A DNA stretch of 63,166 bases, counting the filler, from Perkinsus chesapeaki ATCC PRA-425 (taxonomy: Eukaryota > Protista > Perkinsozoa): NCBI GenBank assembly GCA_013115145.1. It is 11 parts of 11 records of this genome, joined end to end, with 100 filler letters (N's around TTAATTAATTAA, not from the genome) between each part and the next. Parts side by side here need not be neighbours in the genome. Positions count along the whole stretch, not along the records: positions 1 to 2,335 come from JAAPAO010001625.1; positions 2,436 to 20,756 come from JAAPAO010000667.1; 9 more parts are not named here. One strand, 5' to 3'. The number at the start of each line of letters is the position of its first letter. Within the stretch, counting starts at the first letter, position 1. Under the pieces are notes generated by a model. The model saw only the letters and a program-made list of their open reading frames with translations, ran no database searches and was not told the DNA's origin. The translations under genes were made by a program, and so were the position numbers. Shown piece after piece: positions 1-12,374 of this stretch.

Positions 1-501
1 AGTTTGTGAGGTACCGCAAAAGAGTTCTGGTGGCTGTGAGCTGCAACTGTAGAGTTGCTTTACATACATAAAGGTCTTTGCTCCGGAGCGCCAAGCGGAT
101 TCCGAGTGCAAGCGGACCATGTATTTACCTTGAGCCAGAGAGGCTACGGTGCCAAATAATGGTCGATGTCAAAGCTTGGGTTGCAAACTATGCGGGTTAC
201 GATTTCGACCTTGACAAGATGGACTCGCAGTATAAGCTACTTGTGCAGAGAGTGCGTGATCTCACAAAGGATGCCGAGGCTGGCACGATTGACATTTGTG
301 AATTATGGCAGCGAGTCCACTGCATGCCTTCCGTCTTCACATGGATTGAAGATGCCTTGTATATCTGTGCACATGCATCCCTGGGAAATCTTTGAAACAA
401 GATTCTACACTAGCCTTGGCCCATACGTTTCTGACGCGATAATATGGGCGCTCCCCTTCGTTATCGATACACAGGGTTACCTTGATTGGATGGCATGCTG
501 A
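1..501 (+). pseudogene. Possible hAT-like transposase C-terminal fragment with frameshift
   Basis: ORF 78-395 (…ELWQRVHCMPSVFTWIEDALYICAHASLGNL) continues in the frame of ORF 166-501 (ETRFYTSLG…). Removing one T near 392 gives SLGNLETRF, which loosely resembles the hAT dimerisation motif W..P.L…S.A..ER.F. Resemblance is weak. Confidence 0.3.
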
Positions 502-1401
502 AAATGAAATGTTTTATCCGGTTCGCTTATTTGGCCTACTCTCGAGAAGGCCTAAATGTCCTCGCCTAAAGGATAAATGGTTTCATGTTACGTAGAATCA
601 GTATTACCTGAGCTTATATATCTCGATGTCATAAAACTCGGTCGATAAAGTGGTACAGAAGATGAGGGTGGAGGAACAACCTCCCCACTGTAGGACATCC
701 TCGTAGCTTCTCGACTTCCAACTGCGGCTGTCACCAGCGCATAGTGTAAGAATCTGCTGAATGTGGCCATCTAATAATGGGTAACACTAGAATGAGTGAG
801 TCGTATAAAACATACGACTCATTGTACACAATACCTGCGCCCCTCGATGGCTTTGTTGTCAAAATTACCGAGCGCAACCACTGCTTGCATATGAAAAATA
901 CAAACGTTGTTAGATCGGTCGATGATACAAATTGTATTATGCAATGACTACAATTAACACATCATTCTCCAAGAGAGCCGTGACGATCAACTCAGCCGTA
1001 GTTAGACCGAAAGGTCGTCCATCTGGACCGGGGCAGTCGGTCGATAAATCACGAAGACTCTTATAACAGTAGATGGATCGGTCGAGGGAAATTAGCGGTC
1101 GATAGAAACAGAACCGAATAATCAAGTGTGAGGCTGCAAGACTGTGATAATGACAACAGAATACAATGTAGGAATGAACCTCGACTTCTGGATCGGTCGG
1201 GAGAGGTTCATCAACACGCAAAGAGGAAACCCAATGCAGTGCCGTAGGCCTTGTCCATCGATTACTACCTGGCAATACCACTTGTGCGCTAGGCATCGAT
1301 GGTGATAGTTGTGATAGACCATAGCTAGATGATTGTGACGTTGACGGAATAGTATTTCTTTCATCAGTAGCCATTGGCGTTGTGCAATCGGTCGAGGGTA
1401 G

Positions 1402-1977
1402 TTGGGTATTAGATTCGGTCCCAGCAGCTCCCACAACGGGTGGAGGTGTCGGTCGAAAAAGTTGCGGGTTTGGGTTTCGGGTTTTATATTAAGAAATATA
1501 CAACATATTCAATGCGAATACGGCCGGACTGGTCCTGTTTCAGTCAGTCAACTCCTGCCTTATGAAGTTTCAGATGACCGTGATCACTACGACCATGCCA
1601 TCAAACCGACTCAGGATCGTCTCGCCCTTATCGTCAAGGATAAACTACCAGGTGGCGTCGAGATCCAGGATTTCCAGGTTAATCTACATTGGCTCTTGTA
1701 CACGGTTGATTCTACTGAGGGCGATGAGTTGATTACGCATATTTATGTTGCCAAGTTCCTTCATCACAATGACTCTGGAGATCTCACTGTCCAAGGCTTG
1801 GATAAACAAGCTGACGGTTCTTGGAGATTGCCCCCGCGGAGAGTTCGATCATCTACTCAAGTCACAATTCCGGTGGACGCCGTTTTGGGTGGTCGAGGTT
1901 TTCTTCCCACCAGGGGCGGCTGGAGGATACCTCGTCCAGTGAGGTCCTGGTTCAATGGTTGTGGCGTTGATCTGTAG
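1402..1977 (+). mobile_element. C-terminal end of an LTR-retrotransposon pol (post-integrase extension)
   Basis: The 191-aa ORF shares a pattern with the C-terminus of pol at 35641 (VSQLLPY vs VNELQPV; V..LD…G…LP; ends in GV). It is followed by a G8 tract and TG. Confidence 0.55.
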
Positions 1978-1989
1978 AGCTGCGTTGCT

Positions 1990-2194
1990 GGGGGGGGCGT
2001 GTTCCAGGGTGATCACGCTACTTGCTCCCCTTGTTCTCTTCTTATTTTCTCACTGCCACAGTGTTCGGCTCCATCGTGTGTCGAAGGAGGGTTTGGAGCC
2101 GCTCCATCCCTGTGTCAGCTATGCTAGGCTAGCAGCTCTCCGTATTAACTATTGATCGTTCCTATTCCTTTTCTTATTCCTCTGTTGAAACTCA
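1990..2194 (+). mobile_element. Polypurine tract (G8, 1990-1997) and probable 3' LTR starting TGTT at 2000
   Basis: GGGGGGGGCG|TGTTCCAGG directly after the pol stop. The LTR end is uncertain (…AACTCA at 2194 or the contig end). Confidence 0.45.
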
Positions 2195-2335
2195 TCAGTG
2201 CTGCTGCTAATGTCGTCTGTTGCGTCCGAGTCAGATAACTATGGGGAGGCGGTATCTTCAGTGGGATGTTAACGATTGGTACACATAAATTAGGTACACT
2301 TAATGTTTAATCTCCATAAATCACGTTCATACTCA

Positions 2336-2435
2336 NNNNNNNNNNNNNNNNNNNNNNNNNNNNNNNNNNNNNNNNNNNNTTAATTAATTAANNNNNNNNN
2401 NNNNNNNNNNNNNNNNNNNNNNNNNNNNNNNNNNN
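2336..2435. other. Artificial contig-joining linker (44N-TTAATTAATTAA-44N)
   Basis: Identical 100-bp linkers also at 20757-20856, 22621-22720, 30352-30451, 33294-33393, 34906-35005, 54209-54308, 57590-57689, 58702-58801 and 61678-61777. The 12-mer places stop codons in all six frames. Confidence 0.98.
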
Positions 2436-2922
2436 TTACCTAACCTGAAGAAGGCAGGATGGAAGATATCCTATGTAGAAGTTGAAGGATGTAACGTTTT
2501 TACCCATTCTCCGGCGCGAACGATTTGGTACTTACTCACATTATGATATGATATGAGGGTGGTCTTAACGTGGTTAGATATCCGATCTAAAAGCCTGTCC
2601 ATGTTTTGATCGTTTTTGCGGAAGCGGCAGGCTCACGGGGTAGCGGGAAAGCTGTCGGGGAGTGGCAAACTCTGAGTTAGCAATTGTCTTCCTATGAGCG
2701 GTGCCTCTTCCCTATTGCTTTCTCCCAACAATCAGCCCATAGGGTCACCAGGCAGCACTGTAAAGCAGATATGTGCCAATGCCCCAGTGTTTGACGGCGT
2801 TGACTCTCTTCAATTGCCCCAAGTAAAGCGTCTCCAAATACCTTTACCCATTGCTATTGACTTAGGCTGTCACTACGGCCATCAACGGTGTAGAGGAGGG
2901 ATCGCCTTCAACCTCCGCATCG

Positions 2923-4051
2923 ATGCCTAATAAGAGAGATTCCCCTGGTAAGCGCCTTTTTCTTACCAGGGATTTATGGGAATGTGTCGACCATGAGCAG
3001 GTGTCGTCACTGAGCCTGCGCCGCTATTATCAACACCCTCGTCGCAATTAGCCTCTTTTCCAGAGACCTTTATAATCGGTGTGGCTGGTGCCTCGGCGGC
3101 TGGCAAAACCACTTTGTGCGCGGAGATCATGCGGAGACTGGGGGTTAAGAAGGTATACTCGGCCAGAGGCGTGTGCATGGCAGTTTTACTTGCTGATAGA
3201 CTCGTACGGTCACCTTCTCTACAGATCAATATTACAGAACTCTTTCTAGAGAGGATCACGAGGTTGCTCTTAGGGTAAGGTATCATTGGTATCTTGTAGA
3301 TCGTCTAAGCTCAGGGTGACTTTAACTTCGATGATCCCAAGCGGCTTGACTTTGCCCTTATGCGCAAGCATCTTTTGGCCTTGAAGAGAAAGGACCCCGT
3401 TGTATAGTAAGCCGGATGGTTCTTATTTATATTATACTCATCTGTTAGTGTGCCCGAGTATGATTTTGTTTCCCATACACGTACTGATAACGCCACTGTC
3501 ATCCATGGCAGTAAGGTCGAGGTTGTTATAGTGGAAGGTATCTTTGCCCTCTACGTACCAGAGCTTCAGGATGTAATGGTATCTTAGCTTAAACCGTGCA
3601 CATAGCATATTATGTAGGTTCTGGACATGAAAGTATTTACCCAGGAGGACGCTGATCTGTGCTTGGTACGGCGGATTAAGCGTGACTGCGGCGAGAGGGG
3701 CATATCTGTCGACGCCACTCTCACTCAATACGAAGCGTAAGACACCGGCTTCTGGCTCTGAGTTACTCCCTTATAGGTTTGTCAAGCCAGCTTTTGAGGC
3801 CTTTATCCAGCCCTCCGCCCGCAACGCCGACATCATAGTACCAAACGCCGCTGTTAATAATGTAGGATTTCGGAGCTCAAAGGGTTGCTGTTATTATCAC
3901 TTGTCGTTCGAAGGTCGCTATCTCACTGTTGGTGCAATGGATCGAGTCTAGACTCTCCAACATTAGAAGTGCTAGCGTATCGGTGGCCTCGGAACCCATG
4001 GAGGCCAACCCGGTCGCGCCTAAAGTGGCCGTGAAAGCGCCAAGTGAGTAG
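2923..4051 (+). CDS. UCK: Uridine(-cytidine) kinase, multi-exon
   Basis: Spliced translation: MPNKRDSPG…FIIGVAGASAAGKTT (P-loop), TDQYYRTLS, FNFDDP, VPEYDFVSHTR, VIVEGIF, LCLVRRIKRD…ERG, FVKPAFEAFIQPSARNADIIVP. The 3' end is approximate. Confidence 0.92.
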
Positions 4052-4272
4052 TGGAGAAATGATGATTCTTCACTGGCTACTGCTCATCTACCTGTTCTAT
4101 ATTATTGTCAATACTTGCAGCACCATGGCCCGGTAGGAGTAGATGTGTATCCGGTGTTGCCCTGTTAAGCATATGCTACTGTTCCTCCACCTCCAGTTGA
4201 CACCCACTACGTCTCTAACACTACTCCCTGTTATGTTGTCATCCCTCGCCATTCCTGGTAGTTGTCTTGTTT

Positions 4273-5568
4273 ATGTCCGTCAGCTCTCGAACCTCTACTG
4301 CTGATTCGGATGACCGTCCATTCGGAGAGGTAGGCTGCCTTGGACACCTGCGATCTAGACAACTGCTTCTCTAGGGTGGTCTATTGGATCTGCCGCAGCC
4401 AATACGTCGGCGAGTTGAGCACATGATGGGTTTGGGGCCGGTAAGCATCTGAGTAACCTAGTCTGGGACTAATGCCGGCTGTAGGACTTTCAAGATCATC
4501 TGGTCAAGTGTGCTCCTGAGGATCATTTCTTGAAAGCTATCGAAGGCGTTATTGCAGACGATGGCGTTCGGATGTGCGAGTTGATAAGGTAAGTTGAGGA
4601 CCCTGATCCACTATCGTAGACTTTTGCATAGTCCAACGGGGATGGCGAATAGACGACGAACTCTAGGGGGTAGAAGCAACATACGTAGAAGTAGTCTCGG
4701 GGGGGCAGTCGGTGAGTGGGGAAAGAGTGGTATCAGGCATTGCCCCACGGAAGAGCCAGTATCATACTGAGGTGGATAGTGAGCAATCTGATGAGAACGA
4801 CGAGGAGGAGGAGACGAAGGACCCATTGGAGAAGTGTGAGCATAGTTTACTGGAGCCGTGGGATGAGGAGGAGGCTACTGCGCTGAGGAGGGCTTTTATG
4901 GACCTGTCTGCTCACACTAGACCGACACGGTGAGAGGGGGGGGAATGCTGGATAGAATTCTATCAAGTCAGTGGATTAATGTCGGCAATGGGGGTGTGAA
5001 GTCGAAGCATGGCTGCTGATGCTTGCTCAGGGACTTCCCGTTAGAGCTCGTTACGAGGCCAGCATACTGCTGTTTTCTACTGAGGACAGGACTAGTGCAG
5101 CAGAGCCGGCAGAACAGGGATAGGATTAAGGCAGCTCTGAAAGACAGCGGTGGCTCAGCTGCAGCCGGCCTTAGGGAGGCAGTCAAGATGGTGGCCGAAA
5201 CCAATGCTGTAAGAGTAGATGTCTCCGATTGGTCTTGCTAATGTTGGGTGTCCTTAGGTTGGCGGTTTAGAGGATGGTGACTCGGGCGGAGGCAGCTTGA
5301 GTAAAGTTGTTACGAATGATATGAGGGGTGTTGGGCAGGATGGTCAGCTCTTATGTGGCCTACCCTATCATAGGGCTATGAGGGAATTTGACCGTTACTC
5401 TTACAAAGTTGGAGGTAGTATTGCGATACGGGTGTTCACTAAGCTAGTTTTATTACTGGAGCCGTAGTTTAGAGGCCACGCTTCGAGCTAAGATAGGTTC
5501 ATCTGACCCAGATTGCAAAACAGCGCTCTCTCAGACACACCCCCGTATTGCCGAGTCATCCCGCTTGA
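4273..5568 (+). CDS. Hypothetical multi-exon protein
   Basis: ATG at 4273 (MSVSSRTSTADSDDRPFGE). Short GT-AG introns link open exons including ORFs 4712-4933 and 5023-5241. No recognisable domain. Confidence 0.5.
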
Positions 5569-5702
5569 AGTGGCTCTGGATCTGGTCCGACGGCACCTTT
5601 CCGAAATCCACGTAAACGCTATCACGGTAAGGGCAAGTACTGTTCTGGCGCGCGGGAACCTCTTCTTGTCAGATGCCGACTCTGATAGAGAGCCGTATTA
5701 AA

Positions 5703-8700
5703 ATGAAGGCGGAGCAAACCATGGAGGTTCTGATGCTTGTTGTTGTTGACTTGACAGTGCTCATAGGCACTGTCGATGAGGAAGCAGGAGCAGAAGGACG
5801 GTGCTGGTGGGGTGTTACGGAGGAGTTCTGATGACACTGTGCTGCGGAAGAGTGAGGGGTACTAGATGGATTAATGGGAGTCCCTTTGTAGGCTTCCTGC
5901 GCTTGGATAGCAGAAAGATATCATTATCGACGCCAGTGAGCCCGGCTATGGAGGGGACAGAGCCGACACAACCACAGCAACAGCACCAACAGAAGGAACA
6001 ACAATCGGTGGAGACAGCGCAACGTGGCCCTCCTAGAAGACAAGCCTCTGCATTCATGCAGCTGGTTAATACTGTAAGTGATGGATGAATGTACGCGGTA
6101 TACAACTCCTCATCATCATCATGAATTAGTTGGGATGCCTTTTGCGTCATCATTCAGAGCACATAACCGTGAGCTTTGGGAGGGAGATGTATCTCTTTTA
6201 GATACAGCGGCAGCGCAAGTCTGTTAAGAGAGGACGGAAAAGCCTGTTGCCTAAGGAAGGGGTAGGGCTGGCTGAGGTTGTTGTTGTGGGAGGGTAGTGA
6301 GATGGGTTGTAGTTGGCAAGCTCAGTGCGTGAGCTGTTCTTCAATTTAATGCTGCCTAGAGTATCAAGTTGGATATCTCAGAGGAGGAAGGCCCTCAGCA
6401 CAAGGGTTAAGGAGGATAGGGAGGTGAGGAGGAGGGGATGGGGGAGGAGCTTGCCGATATGCTTGTGGTAACTGTAGATGCTGCTGGCTCGTGGACTAGG
6501 TCAGGAAGCTGTCAAAAGTGCTCGGCGTCGAACTGATGTGTTCACTGACGTGGAGGAGGCCGGGCCAGCAGCGAAGCCACTGAAACGCGTGAGGCGTTCT
6601 GAGGGCTTGTTCAGGGAATACATACTTGCTGTAGAGGGGAAGCCAGCTCGGGCATGGTGTTCCTATACCAGAGTCTATAACGTCCGAACAGTTCTTTACT
6701 GGGATGGAGGTAGACAGGGGAGGAGGAGGAGGAGGAGGAGGAGGAGGGGAGCCAGGGTGAGGTTGGTGGTAGGTCTGGCGGGACATAATGCTGCGGACGA
6801 CGTGGGAGGATAAGCATAAGCTGCTTACACAGGAACCAAGGCATCATGAGTATATCACATGTTGTTTGATGGAGGTGAGGATATCTGAGCTCGAAGCGTG
6901 CAAGATACAGAATAGGTCAAGTGTAGTTATAATGATTCCTTTCAGCCCGAGGTTCTTCAAGTAAGCGCCCAAGTAACGCCAACTATAGAGGCCTTATTTT
7001 CGGGTTACCATAATACATCAGATCCATCGAAACGCTCTGCTGGCAACACCAGTAGGCGAGCATGGGTCGTCCCTCTCCCCGCCAGTGTGGTCCTCATCAG
7101 GCGATATGAGCTTCTCCACCTTCTTCCGTCTTCTAGTGGATCTCCAGTTGTTCCCTGATTTGGTCAGTTTCCAGCAGGCCAAGGTATAACACTTTATCCG
7201 TTCTTGTTGCTCAATGTCTCTCTCAGGAGGTATACCTTACTGTTGACTGCACGTCCCCAGCAAAGAAGCCTCACGCTTCTGTGGACGAGGCATCTTCAAT
7301 GGCCAAACGGTTCAGTGCGTTAAAGGATATCATGGTGACTATAAAGGTGATTGGTGGCTTGTGAGTGTGAGGATGGTAGATACTTAAGAGCCATAGTTGG
7401 ATGTATAAGGATGCCTCCGAGATGAGCCACATAGAAACAATGGCCTGGGCGGTGCTGTCAAGGGTGGAGGATTACGTGAATCAAAGGTGATGATGATGAT
7501 TGGCCCTGTGATGTTGGACTGCGGCAGCAGCCAGTGCAGGCTACTCAAAATAACGGATGTGTTTGGATCATATGACGCTGACGATAGCGGCTCCATTACG
7601 GCGGAGGAGCTGTTGGATGGTATAAGTCGGCTGGACTTGTAAGGGCAGTATATGGGAAGTGGTGTTGAGGTCTGGATGAAAGGTTCGATGAAATGGCAGA
7701 GAGCCTTACAGTGGAGGACATTGGAGAGATACTCAAATTGGTAGTAGTAGCAGTGGGATGCATCGCTCCTCCGCCTATATGGGGTGCAGAATTGTGATGC
7801 GCTGACTGAGGAGGGGGAGCTCTCGTTGAAGGAGTTTGAAAAGGTCCTTGGCCAAGTTAGGACGGCTAAACAGTATTTGAGAAAGCGGCAAAAGTGGGCA
7901 GCAGTGAGGGGACGGCGTCAACGAACTTCTTTAGTTTCTTCCTCAAGTCTGTGGGGGAGAAGTCCTGCATAGAGAAAAAAGCCACGGTAGGGTGTTATTT
8001 CGTGGCGCAGCGGTCATTGTAGGGCAGGTGGTGGTGAAGGCTATGGCTGAGTGGATCGAGCGGAAGTCATCGAATTTTGAGAAGGGTTGTCAAAAGCTCT
8101 TCAATCTGTTCGACACTGATGGCAGCGGTAGCATCACCCAGGTGGGGTCGCTCGTTTCTGTACCGAAAGAACTGTGCGGTGGCAGGACGAGTTTGCTGAC
8201 GGTATCATTCAACTTGCTAAGGATCACCATCTTGACTTGACGATAGACCTTACCAGTAGGGCTTGGGGGGGCAATGGAGGCTTATAGGAGGGTTGCTGTC
8301 AGTGGGGGAGATGAGGGACATCCTTCGCCTGTTCGACTATGGCCTGGACGGGTTCCTCCAGTTGGATGATATCCACAGCATGATCAAACGATACAACAAG
8401 GCCGCTGGGGTAAGGGACAGAAGGATAGGAGGGTGGCAATGAGGAGTTATGGCAGGAGCTGGCACTGACGCAGCAAGCTCAGCCGAGTAAGCCAGTATCG
8501 GTTGAGGTGTTTGGACCAGCGGCTCTGGCTGAGGCACTATGGAGGATAGCTATAAGACACTGTAGTAGACTGCTGGTGGCGTCTGTGGTGTGGGCGGCGG
8601 CTAGTGGGTGGCAGGCACCTATTCGATGGACTCGAAAGATTGTGTAGCCAGCCCTAGCTATGTTAAGATATGGTGGCTGTTGAGCTACTTAAGGATGACC

Positions 8701-9577
8701 TATCTAGAGGCAGTAACAGGTAAGGAGTGAGCACTGCCTTGTGTGCTTTGAAGGGCTGAGGGCAGATTTGGGGCTGCTGGAGATGCCGGATGAGCTCGCT
8801 GTTAAAAAGGTCGCTTTTGAGGAGAGTGAACTGTAAGGGTTCGACTAGTGGTGGTGGGACTCTAAAGTCAGTTACCAAACCAGTAGGACCTCGGCCGGCA
8901 CTAAGAGCAGCAGCTTCCTCACCGTTGTAGGGCCTGGTCTTTGGGGGTGATAGCGTTGGTGGATTTACCCTGGTCAGGCGGACAGCAGTGATTGGATGCG
9001 AAGGGTGCCTGTGGCGAAGATGACTGGCGGAATGCTGCAGAAGTTCCAATGGATCGTCCGCAGCAAAGTGACGGAGGGGATGGTGGCCGATGGGTGAGTA
9101 TGAGAGTGACAGGTAATGCGACGGCCGACACTGTCCCCTTTGGAGACATTGAGCCGTCATCATCCGAAGCTCTTCACGGGTAGCCCCACTCGGCTGGTTG
9201 AGGTGCATAATGAGATCAAAGCGGCTAAACGAGCGATAAAGTGAGGGTTCATGGGGTTGATGGGTGGCTACTGTGGATGTAGGCGGATGAACAGCAGGAT
9301 GCCTGCTCGGTGTGACTCTGAGGCATTAAGTGGCTTTGGAGATGAGGACGATGATGATAGGGTTGCTAATGAGGGGTAGACAGGGTGCATGGATCTTGGC
9401 TTCGTTGGGGAGCATGCTTTCAGTCTTGCCTCGTTAACCCTACCAAATAGTTGTAAGAAATGCGGTATGAAGTTCTGGGAAGGATGGGGCTTCCCGGCCT
9501 GCGATGAGTGTTCTATGGTGGATCATCCAAATATAGTGGCCAATGTGGCAGCTGGCATGCTTAAGAACCTGTTGTGA
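5703..9577 (+). CDS. Large multi-exon EF-hand-containing protein
   Basis: EF-hand-like loops in exons: YDADDSGSITAEEL (~7570), LFDTDGSGSIT (~8105), LFDYGLDGFLQLDDI (~8330). The last exon is Cys-rich (CKKC…CDEC). May be more than one gene. Confidence 0.6.
6719..6746. repeat. (GGA)n microsatellite in an intron
   Basis: About 9 GGA units seen directly. Confidence 0.9.
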
Positions 9578-9721
9578 GTGTCCTTGGTGATGATGTACTG
9601 TTCCTTCAATGTCTTTGTTGTTCCCACACTACTGGTGTGTTTCGTTGAGTACTGCTGCTGCTGATGCCAATCCTAGTGGTGGAGTTGCTGTTGTGTCGGT
9701 GTTGTACTACCTGTCTGTTCC

Positions 9722-10651
9722 ATGGCGTCGTTTGCATCTCGGAGACTCCAGAAGGAGAGAGCAGAGTGGCGGAAGGACCATCCGTTTGGCTTCTCGGCCA
9801 AGCCGATGGCCAACCCGGACGGGAAGGGTACTTGGCTACTTGTCCCACTGTACCCGTGGGATTATAATTATTAGGCCAGAATCTTTTCCGTTGGATCTGC
9901 GGCATTCCCGGCAGAGCAGGCACACCGTGGGAGGGCGCAACGTGAGTCTTTCACTGCTGCTGCTGTGGTGGCGGTGGTAGTGTAAACTGCTGCTGCACCT
10001 GCTGCTGTATTGTAGGTATAAGCTGACAATGGACTTCTCTGAGGATTACCCCGGCAAGCCTCCAAAGTGTAAATTCGTATTTGTTAATGGCAAAGTGCTC
10101 TTCCACCCCAACATCTACCCCTCTGGCACCGTCTGTCTGAGGTAATCACAAATGGGGGTCCTACTGGAGGGCTCGCTCATTAATGGCAGCTCACTGTTGT
10201 TGACTGTCGTTACATGGATAGGATATTTTATTATTAGTGGCCCAGTGTTGATAGTAGTAGTTGGACTATCACAGCTCTACCGCCATGGTAGTTGATGTAA
10301 CACATATTTGTAGTCGTTGTTATTCTGTATCATAATATCATTATAGTAGTTGCATTTTAATAATATAATTTATTATTATTGTTAGTATCCTTAACGAAGA
10401 TGAGGATTGGAAGCCATCTATTACCATCAAGCAGATCCTATTGGGAGTCCAGGATCTCCTGGACAATCCTAACTCAGCAAGTCCTGCACAGGCAGAGCCC
10501 TTCCAGCTCTTTACACAGAACAAGGAAGAGTAATAGAGGATGTCGCAGCCAGGGTTCGAACCTGAGACCTATTATATCTTTCAGATACCTTCGACGTGTC
10601 AAACAACAAGCGAAAGATGTGGCCAATGGAGGGCAGAAGGTGACGCACTAA
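9722..10651 (+). CDS. UBC9: SUMO-conjugating enzyme Ubc9, multi-exon
   Basis: [24 protein letters not shown]…WICGIPG…TPWEG…[11 protein letters not shown]…[39 protein letters not shown]…PAQAE, which are Ubc9-diagnostic motifs. Confidence 0.97.
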
Positions 10652-10755
10652 AATAATATTCAAGTCACGTAATCGTTGGACTGCAGCCTAAGTCTGTCCC
10701 TGTTGCGTTATTATCACTACCACGGTCCGGCGCAGCTCATTTCACAGCCTCTTCC

Positions 10756-12088
10756 ATGGTCATGACGCCCCACACTGTCCTCCTTGCGACAACTAAGCCC
10801 TTTGCCAAGGACGCTGTGGAGTCCATCAGCACTATCTGTCAAGAACATGGCCTTCTGTTTGAGAAGCTGGAAGGGTGGCAGTATTATCGATTGCGTGATC
10901 GATTTGGCCATGCCCAGGTATAAGGACCGAGCGGAGCTTTACGAGGCGGTGGCTACGGCTGAGGCCTGCATCGTTCGCAGCGATACCTGCGATGAAGAAT
11001 TTTTCTCGCACGCCAAGAAATTGAAGGTTCTGGTCCGAGCTGGGGCTGGCGTTGATGCCATTGATCTTGCAGCAGCCACCAAGCACGGTGAGGAAAGCTT
11101 GGCACGCGTAGATTCGCACTGGGACCTTGTCTTAAGGTGTCTGCGTACAGAATACGCCGGGACAGAACTCGAATGCTGTGGCGGAATTAGCCTTTGGCAT
11201 GCTTCTTGCCCATAAGAGAAATCATTTTGATGGTAAGGGCCTCCCAGTGGTAGTAGGGACACTATGCTGGCTATAGGCAATTCTGGAACGGAGATAAGAG
11301 CGAGCAGTCTGGGGCTGTATGGTTGCGGCAATGTGTCAAGGTTTATGATCCTGGTGGCTCAGGGGTTTGGCATGGACGTAATAGCCTGATTATTAGCTGT
11401 GCTGGCCATCATACCGCATCCTCTAGGTTTTCGCATATGATCCCTACCTCACCCCCGAGCAAATTGAGGATCTCGGCGCCGAGCCACTTTTCGATGTAGG
11501 GCGGGAGCGGGAGGGATGTGTGTTGATATGTGGGTAGGTCCCTTCCATCTTCAAGTGCGATGTTGTCTCATTGCACATACCGGCCACACGAGAGACCAAA
11601 CGTTCCATTGATGAAAAGCTGCTTAGATCTATGCCCAAGGGGGCTGTCCTTATTAACACCGCCAGGAAGGATGTAGCCTTGGACGGGGGCGAGGGGAAGG
11701 CGGAGGAGACTGGTGTCACATTTAGGTTATCCTGGAGGACGATTTGCTCAATACTTTGGTGGACCGCCCCGACCTCAGCTATCTGGCAGATGATAAGCCG
11801 GACAACACAGAGGAGATCAAAGAACGTCTTGGCGAGGCTCGAGTTAAAAAACAAGTAGGATGGTGACGGTGGTATTGCTGTTGGATTTGATGGTGGGGTC
11901 AGTTTTTGGTAACCCCTAAGAAGATGGGCGCTCAGACAGCGCAGGCGAATAGCAATTCTGGCATAGCAGCCGCTAAGCAGATTGTTGAATTTTTCAGAGA
12001 CGGTCACATCAAGTATCAGGTAGGAGTGCGAACTTCTGCTTCGAGGGTGATGCTTTGTTAGGTTAATATCAATGGCAAACACTTCTAG
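10756..12088 (+). CDS. serA: D-3-phosphoglycerate dehydrogenase, short type III(K), multi-exon
   Basis: ATTKPFAKDAV, IVRSD, VRAGAGVDAIDL, NTPGQNSNAVAELAFG, VSLHIPAT, LINTARKDV, TPKKMGAQT. No ACT domain. Confidence 0.9.
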
Positions 12089-12374
12089 CCACAACAATGC
12101 CGTTTCGTCGCCACGCTGGTGTGCTGGAGTGTCTCTACGCACGTTTTTAAGACTAGGCGGGGCGTCGACGACGGCAGCAGCAGCAGCGAGTCGGCGGCGG
12201 CTGTCCGTGAGCACCTGCTATTAGATTCTCGTAGCATTAGGTTGAGTAGAGTCGTTTGAAGGGATCACAGCAGACTCACGTCATCGACTGTTTCATCCAC
12301 GATCATATATTGATACCATTGTTGGGTGTAATAGATGGTGGGAGGGAAGGTGGAAGTGTGGCTCAGTTTATAGA

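Noticed and set aside
6496-6847. Poly-Pro / poly-Ser / poly-Arg ORFs
   Set aside because: By-products of an intronic (GGA)n microsatellite.
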